Origin: the human T2T-CHM13v2.0 reference genome, Homo sapiens
Reading direction: 5' to 3' (one strand)
Assembly: GCF_009914755.1 (NCBI RefSeq)
Contig: NC_060925.1
DNA: 64,000 nucleotides
In this document: positions 62,208 through 64,000 of the stretch, piece after piece
Position numbering within the stretch: the first letter of the stretch is position 1
How the letters are laid out: every line of letters starts with the position of its first letter
Program-made: the position numbers and the translations under genes
The notes under the pieces: model-generated
Database searches by the model: none
What the model was told of the DNA's origin: nothing
The model's input: only the letters and a program-made list of their open reading frames with translations

Positions 62208-63445
62208 AGCCGACCTTTTGGCCCGCCCGCCGGAGGGCAACGCCCATGGCAACCCTGGAGCACCTTTGGCCGCTTCCTGCCTTGAGCCCTTGCCCGCTCT
62301 CCAGACTCCAGTCCCCTTGAAGCAAGCCTCCAAAACGCCGCCGCTTCTCAGGCACGTCCGTTCTTCCTGCCCACCCGCCGGCTGTCGCAGAAACAGCCCA
62401 GGACCATGCGCCAGCGCCCGCGACCCTCTACCAATTGCCCTTCGGACAGACGCCCTCCCCACCACCTCACACGCCCTCTTCCCTGGCCCCACACACAGCG
62501 AGCGACCGCGACCACCTTCCACGCTCTTCCCTGCCTATCTCCTCCGCCCGCCTTCTCCTCACTCGCCCAAACAGACACAGCCCAGATTCTTCCCCTATTC
62601 CTCCTTTTCCCTCCTTCCTCCCACCGGCCTGCGCCCACCGCCCACCGCCTTGAATCGCCGCTGCGCTGCCCAGAGGCGTCCTGGCCTGAACAGCCCGCCC
62701 GGTTTCACCCTCCAACTTCTGACCGCTGAGCAGCAGCGAGCGACTCGCTCGTGGAGCCGCACACACGTCTCCCACCAGAGGCACGCCATCCAACATCCTG
62801 TCCTTTCCTCCGACCCCTCGGACCCCGGCCGCGCATTCCATTCTGCCGACACCCTAGCCAGGTCGCCGATCCCACCTCGCTACCTGTGCTCCCTTCCCGC
62901 TAACACCTGCCTGCCGGCCCACCTGCAGCCCGGACGCCTGCCGGCCAGAGGCAGCGGGAACCCTGCACACAGCCTGGCAGGCGAGTCCAAACCCGGAAAG
63001 ACAGCCCAAGAGGAATCACGAGCGGAAGCCCTAGATCCCCGTCACCCGCCCACAAACGCCTGGCCCCGCCGGGACCAGCTCTGCGCCACAGCGCATCCCC
63101 ACGCGGGAAGCCGCGGCCTGGGCCGTCCCAGCAACACCCAGCGCGCCTTCTCCAGGGTCAGCCAGCTGCGGCTCTGCCTAAGCGCTCCTCCGCTCCTTTC
63201 TCGCGCTCCAGCCTCCCTACCAGCCCAGGGGGCCGGACCCCAAGTGCGAGCCGGTGGCGTGGGTCAGAGCGCAGGAGCGAGGCGCCCACGGACCTGGTCT
63301 GCGTTTCTGAGCCGCACGCCACGGCTGCGAGACCCGTTCCCCATCGCCGCCCCCGCTCGCTGACACACCCATCCCGCCTCTCACCTGCTGGTGACACAAG
63401 TGAGAAGGCTGGCCCCACGGTGGTGAAAAAAAAAAAACACCTTAC

Positions 63446-63447
63446 GA

Positions 63448-63494
<47 letters not shown>

Positions 63495-63513
63495 GAAGAA
63501 AGAAAGAAAGAAA
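63446..63513. repeat. (GAAA)12 GGAA (GAAA)4 expanded STR allele
   Basis: Counted directly; 68 bp versus 24 bp in most units. Confidence 0.9.
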
Positions 63514-63896
63514 CAACAAAAACAAAACACAAAAACTCTGGGTCTGTGCCGGGGATCCGCGCTCAGCAAGGCCCGCCACAGCAAATCTGCCCACACGGGC
63601 ATTCGGGCGCGGGCCACGGCCGGTCCTTCCCCTGGAGACCCCGGCGGGCAGTCTCTCGACCCTGGGCGGCAGAGAAAGCGCAAGATGGGACGAGTCGGCC
63701 TCTCTCCCTCCGCTCTCCCTCCGCGCCCCGCCTCAGGTCCCTCGACGTGACGAGAGCCTCCCCTTCTGCTCGCCCCATCGGGCCAGCCTCTCGTGGACGC
63801 TGCAATAGGACGGAGGCCCACGGCAGGCGGTGACCAGTGAACGGCGGCTGGTGGCGAGTTCCGCTGTGCCAGCTTCCGTTGGCGTTTGCCATCGGT

Positions 63897-63967
63897 GCAT
63901 GGGTGGTTCAGTGGTAGAATTCTCGCCTGCCACGCGGGAGGCCCGGGTTCGATTCCCGGCCCATGCA
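63897..63967 (+). tRNA. TRG-GCC1: tRNA-Gly(GCC), unit 9
   Basis: Identical to unit 1. Confidence 0.97.
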
Positions 63968-64000
63968 GCACGCCCTCCCATTTTGGTGCTGCAGCAGCAC

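Larger units (their letters stand above)
1..64000. repeat. Tandem tRNA-gene macrosatellite (VNTR), ~7.4 kb unit x 8.7, consistent with the human chr1q23.3 tDNA array
   Basis: Near-identical sequence recurs at offsets 0, 7358, 14745, 22102, 29458, 36823, 44183, 51568, 58951 (unit lengths 7358, 7387, 7357, 7356, 7365, 7360, 7385, 7383). The array runs off both window edges. The Glu/Gly/Asp/Leu/Gly content and unit size match the known 1q23.3 repeat (locus assigned from recall). Confidence 0.97.

Noticed and set aside
1-64000. CRISPR-like or prokaryotic repeat system
   Set aside because: No short repeat-spacer structure or cas genes. The sequence is primate (L1, MER11, eukaryotic tRNAs without encoded CCA).
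1-64000. D4Z4/DUX4-type or other coding macrosatellite, or rDNA/5S/U2 array
   Set aside because: No homeobox ORF, rRNA or snRNA sequence seen; unit content is tRNA only.
1-64000. Whole array as an assembly artefact
   Set aside because: Units carry distinct, nested SNV and STR patterns expected of real paralogues. Individual SNVs still need read validation.

Overview
The whole window is a head-to-tail tandem array of a ~7.36-7.39 kb unit: 8 complete copies plus a 5 kb ninth. In window phase the units start at 1, 7359, 14746, 22103, 29459, 36824, 44184, 51569 and 58952. Each unit carries five intronless Pol III tRNA genes: Glu-CTC(-), Gly-TCC(-), Asp-GTC(-), Leu-CAG(+) and Gly-GCC(+), 45 genes in total, inside a ~4 kb CpG island. 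The spacer holds GAAA, CT and CA/CT microsatellites, a 3'-truncated MER11 (ERVK LTR) and an old L1M 3' end. This matches the known human chr1q23.3 tRNA-gene VNTR, so the system itself is not new, and none of the ORFs is credible protein-coding sequence. The allele-level detail is what deserves attention. Two mutant tRNA-Glu-CTC copies are the only tRNA variants I saw: C49U in unit 7, and G53A in unit 8, which hits the B box and the G53-C61 pair. Unit-specific variants record the duplication and conversion history, and unit 9 has an expanded, divergent GAAA allele. The embedded transposon fossils appear to have gained GC and CpG. There are also palindromes at gene boundaries and one long 3' trailer.
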